DNA from: Octopus vulgaris
Taxonomy: Eukaryota
Length of the DNA stretch: 64,000 bases
Assembly (NCBI GenBank): GCA_951406725.2
Contig: OX597822.1
Coordinates: forward strand, 28,086,001-28,150,000
Direction of reading: 5' to 3'
In this document: piece after piece, positions 1-13,936 of the stretch
Numbering within the stretch: position 1 is the stretch's first letter
Layout: each line of letters opens with the position of its first letter
The notes under the pieces: model-generated
Seen by the model: the letters and a program-made list of their open reading frames with translations, nothing else
Told to the model about the DNA's origin: nothing
The model's database searches: none
Translations under genes and position numbers: made by a program

Positions 1-217
1 TTGTAGAATACTGATCTTCGTCAGGAACATTCCTTTATGCTTATACCCGCTTCGAATATTTATTTCACGAAACTGGGAAAGGAGAGAAATAAGGAATTAG
101 AAGCTGAGGTTGATATACTCAACCCAAACCGATTGAAGTCGATGCTTTAACAGACTTGGACCAATCTTCTACTTAGTATTTTTAATCAGTAAACTAAGAG
201 CGGTAAAATAATAAAAG

Positions 218-448
218 GCGGCGAGCTGGCAGAAACGTTAGCACGCCGGGCGAAATGCTTTGCGGTATTTCGTCTGCCGTTACGTTCTGAGTTCAAATTC
301 CGCCGAGGTCGACTTTGCCTTTCATCCTTTCGGGGTCGATAAATTAAAGTACCAGTTACGCACTGGGGTCGATGTAATCGACTTCATACCTATGTCTGTC
401 CTTGTTTGTCCCCTCTATGTTTAGCCCCTTGTGGGTAATAAAGAAATA
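218..448 (+). mobile_element. tRNA-derived SINE, family A, with perfect 16-bp target-site duplication
   Basis: tRNA-like head (GGCGAGCTGGCAGAAACGTTAG ... GAGTTCAAATTCC), core GCCTTTCATCCTTTCGGGGTCGATAAA, tail ending AATAAAGAAAT. GGTAAAATAATAAAAG at 202-217 and 449-464. Further copies near 6183, 21185, 24235, 32055, 37586, 57520(-), 58350. Confidence 0.9.
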
Positions 449-839
449 GGTAAAATAATAAAAGAATATTCGTATTCTGCATCCAAAATGTGCTATTATA
501 TTTTTCGTTTTCTTGCGCCATTTTTGATAAAAAATTTCCTACATTTTCTGTCATTTATCACAGGTTATTTGACAGTTTAAACGTATCATCATTATAAATG
601 CATTAAGTATAAGAAAAGGCAAATTTGTGACGTTTTGTCTTACACAGAAAGTATTTTACGTATATCGGGTTCTCTTAGTAACGGAAATCAGATCCTGTTC
701 AAAATTTGAGTCAAATCCCAAAAAGGATATGTACACACACACACACATGGACCTATTGTATATATATATGTTTTGTTTTGTTTTGTTTTGTTTTTCCAGT
801 TTCAGCTCTTGAGCTGTGGCCATGCTGGGGCACCGCCAT

Positions 840-1031
840 TGTGGTGAAACAGTACAGCAGGGATCACCACCCCCTGCCGGAGCCTCGTAGAGCTTTTTTA
901 GGTGTTTTCGCTCAATAAACACACGCAACGCCCGGTCTGAGAATCGAAACCGCGATCCTGCGACCGCGAGTCCGCTGCCCTAACCACTAGGCCATTGCGC
1001 CTCTAGGCCATTGCGCCACTAGGCCATTGCG

Positions 1032-1034
<3 letters not shown>
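840..1034 (-). mobile_element. tRNA(Arg)-derived SINE, family C, 5' part
   Basis: Minus strand has A-box TGGCCTAGTGG, anticodon-like CTCGC and B-box GGTTTCGATTCTC; same family as 16918-17287, 22245-22625, 56065-56363, 56964-57260. Confidence 0.85.
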
Positions 1035-1072
<38 letters not shown>

Positions 1073-1471
1073 TTGGCAGTTAAGTGAATATTAAATTCAT
1101 TGGAAATATGAGTTATCAAATACAGAGGAATGAAGGACGAAGAAGAAGAAGAACAACAAGAACAACAACAACAACAACAAGTGATGATGTTTATGATATG
1201 TAGAATGAAGAAATGAGTCACTGAGTGAAGGAAAGTTAACATATTCTAAAACTGTAATTGAAAATATTTGATGTGCATGTGCAGCTGTATGTATACATAC
1301 ATATGTATATGTATATATATAATTATTGAAGTAGATAAATGAATTATCTTATTACGGATAATTCAAATGATAACCGATACCTGGGTAGCAAAAATCACAA
1401 CAGAAAAAGCACGGTTGAAGTTACGACCATGAGGCATAAAAACCGTGCCTTAGTGCGGAAATTTGAAGTTT

Positions 1472-1862
<391 letters not shown>

Positions 1863-2099
1863 CGTGTGTGTTGAATGTTCGGGCTAAATTTGACGAGTTT
1901 AGTGTAATTATCTTGATGCATTGCTAAACAGTAAACGACGGTGTTAAGGGGCTTAAATGTTAAAGCTGCAGTTGGGAAAAAGTTACCTGACATGGATAAT
2001 AGAAGCCATCTAAATATTGGAAAAAATTTGGCTGTATCATTATGAATCACGCCGGGTTTCAAAATGCTTGCTTCATGACTGTTGCTCAATGCTCTGTGA

Positions 2100-2308
2100 G
2101 CACCCATTCTAATTCTCTTAGTTTCAATCCTATGGATTGCTATGTGCGGGATGTATCTGACAGGGACATCAATTGCTCTACCTGTAACACCAAGGCCGAG
2201 GTGGTGGCCAAGATCAATGAGGTGTTCGAAGATCTTCCCAGAGACACAGTAAGCAAAGCATGTGCCAGGTACCGGAGCCGTATTGAGGCGGTGGTCGAAG
2301 CTGAGTAG
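2100..2308 (+). pseudogene. C-terminal fragment of an IS630/Tc1/mariner transposase (maT/DD37D-like)
   Basis: NSLSFNPMDCYV...NTKAEVVAKINEVFEDLPRDTVSKACARYRSRIEAVVEAE resembles the SPDLNPMDY...ACxRFRxRIEAVVEAEG end of D,D,D-type ITm transposases. Confidence 0.7.
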
Positions 2309-3324
2309 TTAAGAGCAGCTACCTAGAACAAATTCTTATCTCCCAGCCATAATCTAGTTTATAATTTTTTACTTCTTTAAAATACATCCATTTCTGAATG
2401 AGATATTGTGTTTTGTTTTCAAGCTCCACACAACAAGGGGTAAACAAGTCCTTGGCCCCGTCTTCACAAATATTGCGGTGCCCACTGAAGGTGACACCAA
2501 CGATTATCTTGGGCCATACCTAACAAGGTATGGCCCACAGAAAAATGAAAATATGTAGTTTACTAGAGGCACCCGACTTTTCCAGCCTGGACATTCATAC
2601 AGCTAACCGTTAAGGTGTTCAGAAAGAAGTCCTAGAATAATACTGGTCCACTAGTGGACCAATAAAGAAGAATGGGGTATCCTATCTCAAACGACCGCTA
2701 CTTAGGATCAAAGTGAACTGAAACACTCCAAAAAATTGGTGAGGGCAGACAAATATACGTACTGCTTCACTACGATAAAAGATAGGGACATTTCGAAGGA
2801 AATGGCTCACTGACTGCATACCCCCAAAGGTCCAATGGAATACTGAATATGCAATACTGGTGATTTCACATCTCCGTTGGGACACTTACAAATAAATATC
2901 CTGAGCGAGTTCTTGACACAGGAGCTGTACACGATAGGATAGCAATTATTGATAACATTGAAATACAGAAAACTGATATAATAGCAGGGATTTATGGAAT
3001 GAGCGTAAACTCAGCCACTGACCCTGATGAATTCCCTGATGAATTTGAGTCGAAAGGATCGACCTTAATACTTATGATGTTATGTAATGTTTCGTACTTA
3101 TTTTATTGGGTTTTTTGCCGAACAGCTAAGCCTGGCTGAAATTAGTAAAAGAGTAGATATATTTCAGTTTCCTTCTACCAAATCTACTCACAAACCTTTG
3201 GTCGCCTCGAAGCTCTAATTGAAGACATTCGCCCAAAATGACACGCAGTGGGATTGAAGCGGAAACCATGTGGTTGAGAAGCAAGCTTCTTACTACGCAG
3301 CTACGCTGGCGCGTATGCACACAT

Positions 3325-3414
<90 letters not shown>

Positions 3415-3424
3415 TATATCTCTT

Positions 3425-3648
3425 TTTCTCTTTTCTCTTTTACTTGTTTCAGTCATTTTGACTGCTGCCATGCTGCAGCACCGCCTTTAGTCGAGCAAAT
3501 CGACCTCGGGACTTATTCTTTGTAAGCCCAGTACTAATTCTATCGGTCTCTTTTGCCGAATCGCTAAGTGACGGGGACATAAACACACCAGCATCGGTTG
3601 TCAAGCAATGCTAGGGGGACAAACACAGACACACAAACACACACACAC

Positions 3649-3713
<65 letters not shown>

Positions 3714-3873
3714 TACGACAGGCTTCTTTCAGTGTCCGTCTATTAAATCCTCTCACAAGGATTTGGTCGGCCCGGAGCTATAGCAGAAGACACTTGTCCA
3801 AGATGCCACACAGTGGGACTGAACCCGGAACCATGTGGTTGGTTAGCAAGCTACTTACCACACAGCCACTCCT
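3425..3873 (-). mobile_element. SINE family B with internal (TA/TG)n tract
   Basis: Head GGAGTGGCTGTGTGGTAAG...GGTTCAGTCCC and tail TGACTGAAACAAGTAAAAGAG; same family at ~3163-3313, 33680-33940, 46460-46835, 48560-48792, 61608-61995. Confidence 0.85.
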
Positions 3874-3882
3874 TCTAATTTA

Positions 3883-4160
3883 TATATATAAATTAGAAAA
3901 AATCACCTTTTATCAATTCAAAATTAACAATTAAATTACACCATCTAGAAAATTACATATAATAGAAATATTTAAATTAAAATAACAATAAAATACCAAT
4001 TATATATATATTTATTATTTTTTTGCAATTTACTTAATCATTGGTATTTTATTGTTATTTTAATTTTAATATTTCTATTATATGTAATTTTCTAGATGGT
4101 GTAATTTAATTGTTCATTTTGAATTGGTAAAAGGTGGTTTTTTTCTAATTTTTATATATA
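3883..4160. repeat. AT-rich inverted repeat (~115-bp arms, ~40-nt spacer) between TA tracts
   Basis: Arms ~3883-3999 and ~4040-4160 are reverse complements; flank 4200-4250 shares the inverted TTACAGGGAAAAATT motif with the 9301 and 10503 elements. Confidence 0.85.
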
Positions 4161-5002
4161 CATATATTATATTGTGTGAAATTTGATTTAGTATTTCTAA
4201 ATTGAAATTTTTCCCTGTAAGTTAGGATTAGTATTCCCTCAAATAATTATTATATATATAATATACATAAATACATATCTTCGTTAACTTTATTCAAAGC
4301 ACATAGGAGGAAAGCGACACCATGTTTCCTAACAATCCGTATGTGTTGTGTTAAGTAATTGTCTTTATATATAAATGATATATGAGAATGCTGAAGCAAA
4401 ATAGGTATTCGATGTATTAATGATATGTTCACAGCGATATCTGCAACTACATAAGCATACCAACATCACCAATAATAAAATTACATTGAAAAATACTCCG
4501 TTTCCCCGTCATCACCGCTAAAATGTTGCAACATACTAACAATACGTAATGTAATTGTCTTTGGTAATAAACAAAATAGATATAGAAAAACCATGTAAAT
4601 GTATAATCTAATTAGTATGTTTCAGAATCCGTTAATGAAGAATTTCTCATCAATTTGTAAAGGGAACGCTTTTCTACATCAAATGAATTTAGCTAACATT
4701 AAAATGGAAAATGAAAATAATACATTAAGATTTATGAATGATGTTGTTCAGTATTATGTAACACATATGAAACAAAACTTATTTGTGCAAAATTCTTCTG
4801 GTATTCTGGCTGTGCATTTAAGAAGTTTACTTTGCAATACAATGGTCTGAAGTTCAATTCCATTGCGTTGTGTCTTGGGCGCTGACCACCGACCAATATC
4901 TTGCGAGCTAATTTGGTAGACAGAAACTATGTTGAAACCCGTTGTGTGTATATGTATGTATGTATGTATGTATGTATATATGTATGTATGTATGTATGTA
5001 TA

Positions 5003-5200
5003 TAGGAGAGTTTACGAAAAAAACAAAAAACGAAGACAGGTGGTGTACAAAACAAACAGATGTATTAGTATAACGCTCAGGAATAGAAAAAGTCTTTTAC
5101 GTTTCGAGCCTACGCTCTTCTACAGAAAGGGACAAAGAAAACACACGGAGAGAAACGAGGAGAGAAAAAAGGAGGGAAAAAAGGAGAGAAAAAATTTGTG
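5003..5200 (-). mobile_element. Penelope-like terminal fragment with minimal HHR-like motif (5098-5125)
   Basis: Minus: CTGTAGA-A-GAGC-GTAG-GCTC-GAAAC-GTA, pyrimidine-rich flank, 3' end abutting TA-rich microsatellite; homologous to 13760-13878, 16620-16773, 50388-50480. Confidence 0.65.
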
Positions 5201-5217
5201 TTGTGACTAACGATCTC

Positions 5218-5297
<80 letters not shown>

Positions 5298-6182
5298 CCT
5301 GGCACAGGGGTTAACAATATTGCACACCTCACAACTACCTCAATGGCAAAAAGAAATGAGAAAACAAATAGTTTTAAGCATTCAATTTGCCTTTAATGCA
5401 AATACGATGAACAACATGTTATATGCGATAAACACATTACAATTTTTCCTCACAAATGGTTTCAACACAGTTTTAACAGAAAGATTTGGAAGAATTAGAT
5501 GACAGTTCTCCGGTAATTTTCTTTGATTTCAATCAATGTTTCTGTTAATTTAGAAATTTGTCAGCAATGTCTTATAAAATGACGATGTTCTAAAAGATGT
5601 ACATGTTTACTATTTTATATATGAAAATAAAAGAATGAACAAAATATGCTTAAAAAGCAAACATATAAACATGCAATAAGCAACACATTACAAAATATTT
5701 TTAAAATTAATAACGAAAGTTTGAAATAAATTTAATCAATTTCTCAAACAAATCACGATTTTCGTATCTCCTTCACTACAAAAATTCAAAGAGATATGAA
5801 CCTACAATAGAACGGTGAGTGCCACAGCGTCGTTTATTACCTCGCTTTACAGAGGCCTACGTACGCTCTACTTGTTGAGAGTGGGTACCATCTTTCGGCT
5901 TAACAAAAAAAGACAGAGTAAGCAACACATCTTTTGTAGTTTTAAGCATTCAACGCGCATTTAATGGGATAGCACGAACTTGAAAATAGCACATTACGAA
6001 TTAAATATCTATAACAGAACTAATATTTCGTTAAACAGTTCATTGAAAACGAAAGTTAAAAATGCACTTAATCAATTTCTCGAACAAATCACAATTTTCA
6101 TATCGCTTACGCTACATAGATTCACATGCTCAATTGTCAACAGATAAGTAAAACAAGTGCTTTCAATACATTTGTCAACATA

Positions 6183-6395
6183 GGATGGCGAGGAGACAGA
6201 ATCATTAGCACGACGGGCGAAATGCTTAGCGGTATTTCGTCTACCGTTACGTCCGGAGTTAAAATTCCGCCAAGGTCGACTTTGATTTTATCATTTCAGA
6301 GTCGATTAAAGTACTAGTTACGCACTGGATTTGATGTAATCGACTTAATCCCTTTGTCTGTACATGTTTAGCCCCTTGTGGGCAAAAAAGAAATA
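6183..6395 (+). mobile_element. SINE family A with 16-bp TSD
   Basis: Homologous to 218-448; AATA(C/T)ATTTGTCAACA at 6165-6180 and 6396-6411. Confidence 0.85.
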
Positions 6396-6658
6396 AATAT
6401 ATTTGTCAACACATGCTTTCCCGCAGACAAAAAAGTTCTCATGTTCTGCTTGTCACTATGGAAACAGCCATGAATGTGTCTACGGCTTACGTTTGGCTAA
6501 AATTACAAAAATGTTGAAACTTTAAATTGCTAATAACTATTTTTTTTATTTATGGTGAAAATTTTCACGTTATCCATTAGCCAATAAATGTGTGTCGTTA
6601 CACTGTATATGAAATCGATTCGAACAGAATTCATGCTGGCAGCCGACACGACTAGATG

Positions 6659-7033
<375 letters not shown>

Positions 7034-7848
7034 TAATGCAATTAAAATGGTAAATAATTGTTCTGTGGTTTTTCGTGTAACCAACAATTATTTACCGGTA
7101 AATTTCGGTATGTAAATACGACAAATTCATCGTCAGGAACTTTGTATGGTTCAGTATATAGTAAAGCAAATAAAAGGGCTAACAGCAGGCTGCTTCGCCT
7201 CATACCGAAGGAATTAGAAATGGCAGTCAAAGACTGTTTTTTCCATTTTCTGTAAGTGGAGATTCCAAAAACGAAGGCCCGTGCGGCTCACATACACAAA
7301 ACCGGAGTAGCAAATAGACGCAAACAGTCACTTACCGTTAATAACGAACATGTTTCTGGATCACAAACTTGGAAAAGTAGTTTGATTTCCTTCTTCGGCG
7401 CTATATTCGATAGATTTACCAAATGCCACAGGCCCTCACTTCTGACCCAGCGACATCAGATAGTGGGGGAAGTGTGCAGATGTTAAAACTAAGTAATGAC
7501 TGGGAACGTAAATTTTCCCTCCAAAATTCTGCCATGCGCGCCTTCTGGGTAATCGTAATGGAATAAGGGATCCACATGGTAATGCAATAAAAATGGTAAA
7601 TAATTTTTCTGTGGTTTTTCGTGTAACCAACAATTATTTACCGGTAAAATTCGGTATGTAAATACGACAAATTCATGGTCAGGAACTTTGTAAGGTTCAG
7701 TATATAGTAAAGCAAATAAAAGGGCTAGCAGCAGGCTGCTTCGCCTCATGCCGAAGGAATTAGAAATGGAAGGAAATCAAACTACTTTTCCAAGTTTGTG
7801 ATCCAGAAACATGTTCGTTATTAACGGTAAGTGACTGTTTGCGTCTAT
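7034..7848 (-). mobile_element. Non-coding retrozyme/Penelope-like element: 546-nt monomer, 190-bp terminal direct repeat and 80-bp inverted end, in (TA)n
   Basis: Direct repeats 7034-7223 and 7580-7769; 7769-7848 is the reverse complement of 7314-7393; minus-strand HHR-like motifs at 7346-7459 and 7089-7136. Confidence 0.7.
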
Positions 7849-7864
7849 ATATATATATATATAT

Positions 7865-9300
<1,436 letters not shown>

Positions 9301-9307
<7 letters not shown>

Positions 9308-9765
9308 ATAAAATATTAGGGAATAAATTCAAACTTACAGGGAAAAATTAGATTTAGGATTAAATCCAATTTTATAGTATAAATATATTATATTATATTA
9401 TATTAAATTAGAGATAAAACCACTATTAGGCAAATCAAACAATGAAAAACATAAGCCAATACATAAAATTAATTAATTTATATTATTTTAAATATATATC
9501 AAAAGTATTAAAAGTTTAATAGATAAAGAGTAAAGCACTACGATCGTTTCATTACTGAAGATTGACTGTAACCATAACTCGAATTATTACGAATTGTACA
9601 GCCATGAAACGATCGTAGTGTTTTACTCTTTATCTTTTATTAAACTTTTAATACTTTTGATATATATTTAAAATAATATAAATTAATTAATTTTATGTAT
9701 TGGCTTATGTTTTTCATTGTTTGATTTGCCTAATAGTGGTTTTATCTCTAATTTAATATAATGTA
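9301..9765. mobile_element. Fold-back element in (TA)n (arms ~9397-9552 and ~9604-9761) with HHR in the spacer; second copy 10503-10965
   Basis: Reverse-complementary arms; near-identical duplicate ~1.2 kb downstream. Confidence 0.85.
9555..9617 (+). ncRNA. Type I hammerhead ribozyme core
   Basis: CTGAAGA-TTGACTGTA...TACAGCCAT-GAAAC-GATC-GTA; palindromic stem III ACGATCGT. Confidence 0.7.
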
Positions 9766-10181
9766 TAAATATATTTATATATATAGTAAATATTTTTATT
9801 TTTCATTCCCTTGTAGTGGTTTGAACTTTAGCGTGAAGGAATTCTATGATGGATACCTCTTATGTGTTTAAATGTACACTGTATTTATATGAATAATATA
9901 TACTCTATTGACTCATTTTTCTACATGCTAGGCTACAGGAAGTAAAAATTTCTTACATCTTTATTACCCATATACATATACATATACATATACATACACA
10001 TATATACATACACATACATATACATATACACACATACACACACACACATACATATATACATACACACACACATACATATACATACACACATATACATATA
10101 TATATATATATACATGTGTGCAAACATACATACATACTCATACACACATACACACTTACATATACATATATACACACACTT

Positions 10182-10226
<45 letters not shown>

Positions 10227-10280
10227 TATACATATATACACACATACACATATGTACACATACACGCACATATTCACACT

Positions 10281-10331
10281 AGCTTCCTGAAGATTTCTCT
10301 TGAATGAAACAGTTCTAGTCCTGTAGAAGCT
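10281..10331 (+). ncRNA. Degenerate hammerhead-like motif
   Basis: AGCTTC-CTGAAGA-TTTC-TCTT-GAAT-GAAAC-AGTTCTA-GTC-ctgta-GAAGCT; weak stems. Confidence 0.4.
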
Positions 10332-10414
10332 CCTTCTATATAATAAATTAATTTTACTCTGCTATGTATTGAGTACCTTATTTACTGTGGTTAACCCCGA
10401 ATCAACCCGGGACC

Positions 10415-10499
<85 letters not shown>

Positions 10500-10756
10500 C
10501 TATATAATAAAATATTAGGGAATAAATCCAAACTTACAGGGAAAAATTAGATTTAGGATTAAATCCAATTTTATAGTATAAATATATTATATTATATTAT
10601 ATTAAATTAGAGATAAAACCACTATTAGGCAAATCAATCAATGAAAAACATAAGCCAATACATAAAATTAATTAATTTATATTATTTTAAATATATATCA
10701 AAAGTATTAAAAGTTTAATAAAAGATAAAGAGTAAAACACTACGATCGTTTCATGG

Positions 10757-10819
10757 CTGAAGATTGACTGTAACCATAACTCGAATTATTACGAATTGTA
10801 CAGCCATGAAACGATCGTA
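10757..10819 (+). ncRNA. Type I hammerhead ribozyme core (duplicate of 9555-9617)
   Basis: Same motif as 9555-9617. Confidence 0.7.
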
Positions 10820-10961
10820 GTGTTTTACTCTTATCTTTTATTAAACTTTTAATACTTTTGATATATATTTAAAATAATATAAATTAATTAATTTTATGTA
10901 TTGGCTTATGTTTTTCATTGTTTGATTTGCCTAATAGTGGTTTTATCTCTAATTTAATATA

Positions 10962-11017
<56 letters not shown>

Positions 11018-11353
11018 AATATTTTTATTTTTCATTCCCTTGTAGTGGTTTGAACTTTAGCGTGAAGGAATTCTATGATGGATACCTCTTATGTGTTTAA
11101 ATGTACACTGTATTTATATGAAAAATTATACTCTATTGACTCATTTTTCTACATGCTAGGCTACAGGAAGTAAAAATTTCTTACATCTTTATTACCCTGA
11201 TATTATTAATTATTGATAATTTTTTTTCTGGAAAGTTGTTTTAAGAATTAATTTTTCTTTTTTCGGCCGACAAAACCTGCGCTTGCGCGGTGGATTTGAA
11301 AGTTGTATAAGCAAGAAGCACATGCTGGATTTGCCTTGTTTAATCTAGATGTA

Positions 11354-11421
11354 CCTGTTGATGAAGACTTCGCCTAGCAAATTATTTTATTTGCTAAAAA
11401 TGTCTGAAGCCATGGTCCAGG
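11354..11421 (+). ncRNA. Hammerhead-like motif with variant core (U3, GAAG); twin at 12804-12871
   Basis: CCTG-TTGATGA-AGAC...[TAGCAAAT/ATTTGCTA hairpin]...GTCT-GAAG-CCATGG-TC-CAGG: all three stems form. Lies in a ~430-nt unit with terminal direct repeat (~11015-11119 vs ~11432-11565). Confidence 0.6.
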
Positions 11422-11560
11422 AGATAGATGGTAAATGTTTATATTTTTCATTCTCTTCGAGTTTTTATCCCTAATAGTGGTTTGAACTGTAGCTGTTCTT
11501 TCTAGCGTTAAAGGAATCCTATGATGGATACCTCCTATGTGTTTAAATGTACACTGTATT

Positions 11561-11625
<65 letters not shown>

Positions 11626-11629
<4 letters not shown>

Positions 11630-12332
11630 GGGGCAGGCAATAGGTTGCTTAGCCACATACCGAACAATTAGAAATAGCAGTCAAAGACTGTTTATTTCTA
11701 TTTTCTACAAATAAGACTCCCAATACAACATATCATATGTAATTCACATATGTAAAACAGAAGGAAAAAATAACGAAAGCAAAGTCTAGGGTTATTTACG
11801 GACGCGTTTCTGGATTAGAATTATAAATTCATATCCTTTATCAACGTAACTCTCCATTCGGATAGATTTCTCAAATGCTATACATACCTCCGCTTCGCCA
11901 GCCAGCGTCGTCGGAATAGTGGAAGATAGCTAGCATAGGCCAAATCTATATAGACGAATGAAGTCGTACTTTCCCTCCAAAATTTTACCATGTGTGTCAC
12001 AAAAATAGTTCCTTAGAAATAGGACTATGGATTGTCATAAGGGAGAGAAAAATTCCATTATTAATAATATAAGGGTAAATAATTAATAGTTTAAAAAAAA
12101 AAACAACAATTATCTATGGGTAGATTTCCGTATGTAAATATCACCATTATCGGTAGGAACTTTTTAAAAAAAGTTCTATATATATTTTTGTATATAAATA
12201 AAAAGGGGGCAGGCAACAGGTTGCTTAGCCACATACCGAAAAATTAGAAATGGCAGTCAAAGACTGTTTATTTCTATTTTCTACAAATAAGTCTCCACAT
12301 ACAATATCCATGCAATTCACATATGTAAAACA
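11626..12332 (-). mobile_element. Retrozyme/Penelope-like element, ~576-nt monomer plus ~130-bp direct repeat; twin 13038-13743; distant homolog of 7034-7848
   Basis: Direct repeats 11626-11758 and 12202-12332; blocks shared with the 7034 element (ATTAGAAATGGCAGTCAAAGACTGTTT, TTCCCTCCAAAATT); HHR-like motif 11801-11914. Confidence 0.7.
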
Positions 12333-13006
12333 TATATATATATATTTAAAATAATATAAATTAATTAATTTTATGTATTGGCTTATGTTTTTCATTGTTT
12401 GATTTGCCTAATAGTGGTTTTATCTCTAATTTAATATAATGTATAAATATATTTATATATATAGTAAATATTTTTATTTTTCATTCCCTTGTAGTGGTTT
12501 GAACTTTAGCGTGAAGGAATTCTATGATGGATACCTCTTATGTGTTTAAATGTACACTGTATTTATATGAATAATATATACTCTATTGACTCATTTTTCT
12601 ACATGCTAGGCTACAGGAAGTAAAAATTTCTTACATCTTTATTACCCTGATATTATTAATTATTGATAATTTTTTTTCTGGAAAGTTGCTTTAAGAATTA
12701 ATTTTTCTCTTTCCGGCCGACAAAACCTGCGCTTGCGCAGTGGATTTGAAAGTTGTATAAGCAAGAAGCACATGCTGGATTTGCCTTGTTTAATCTAGAC
12801 GTACCTGTTGATGAAGACCTCGCCTAGCAAATTATTTTATTTGCTAAAAATATCTGAAGCCATGGTCCAGGAGTTAGATGGTAAATGTTTATATTTTTCA
12901 TTACCTTCGAGTTTTCATCCCTTATAGTGGTTTGAACTTTAGCTGTTCTTTCTAGCGTGAAAGGAATCCTATGATGGATACCTCCTATGTTTTTAAATGT
13001 ACACTG

Positions 13007-13041
<35 letters not shown>

Positions 13042-13878
13042 GGGGCAGGCAATAGGTTGCTTAGCCACATACCGAAAAATTAGAAATAGCAGTCAAAGAC
13101 TGTTTATTTCTATTTTCTACAAATAAGACTCCCAATACAACATATCATATGTAATTCACATATGTAAAACAGAAGGAAAAAATAACGAAAGCAAAGTCTA
13201 GGGTTATTTACGGACGCGTTTCTGGATTAGAATTATAAATTCATATCCTTTATCAACGTAACTCTCCACTCGGATAGATTTCTCAAATGCTATACATACC
13301 TCCACTTCGCGAGCCAGCGTCGTCGGAATAGTGGAAGATAGCTAGCATAGGCCAAATCTATATAGACGAATGAATTCGTACTTTCCCTCCAAATTTTTAC
13401 CATGTGCGTCACAAAAATAGTTCCTTAGAAATAGAACTATAGATTGTCATAAGGGAGAGAAAAATTCCATTATTAATAATATAAGGGTAAATAATTAATA
13501 TTTTTTTAAAAAACCAACAATTATTTACGGGTAGATTTCCGTATGTAAATATCACCATTATCGGTAGGAACTTTTTTAAAAAAAGTTCTATATATATTTT
13601 TGTATATAAATAAAAAGGGGGAAGGCAACAGGTTGCTTAGTCACATACCGAAAAATTAGAAATGGCAGTCAAGACTGTTTATTTCTGTTTTCTACAAATA
13701 AGTCTCCACATACAATATCCATGTAATTCACAAATGTAAAACATATATATATATATATATTGAAATTTAAAGAAAATAAAAGACAAAGATAGGTGTATAA
13801 ACAACCAGCATTTGTATTGGTTTGACGCTCGGGAAGGTGAGAAAGTCTTTTATGTTTCGAGGGTACGCTCTTCATCAA

Positions 13879-13936
<58 letters not shown>

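Larger units (their letters stand above)
10862..13745. repeat. Tandem duplication of a ~1.45-kb composite of TA-inserted elements (~10862-12333 and ~12334-13745)
   Basis: Collinear near-identical blocks differing by scattered substitutions and TA-tract length. Confidence 0.85.

Noticed and set aside
3024-3060. CTGATGA x2 ... GAAA as a hammerhead
   Set aside because: No credible stem II or stem III.
9301-13745. CRISPR-like or prokaryotic array
   Set aside because: No short constant repeats with unique spacers; eukaryotic TE duplications explain it.
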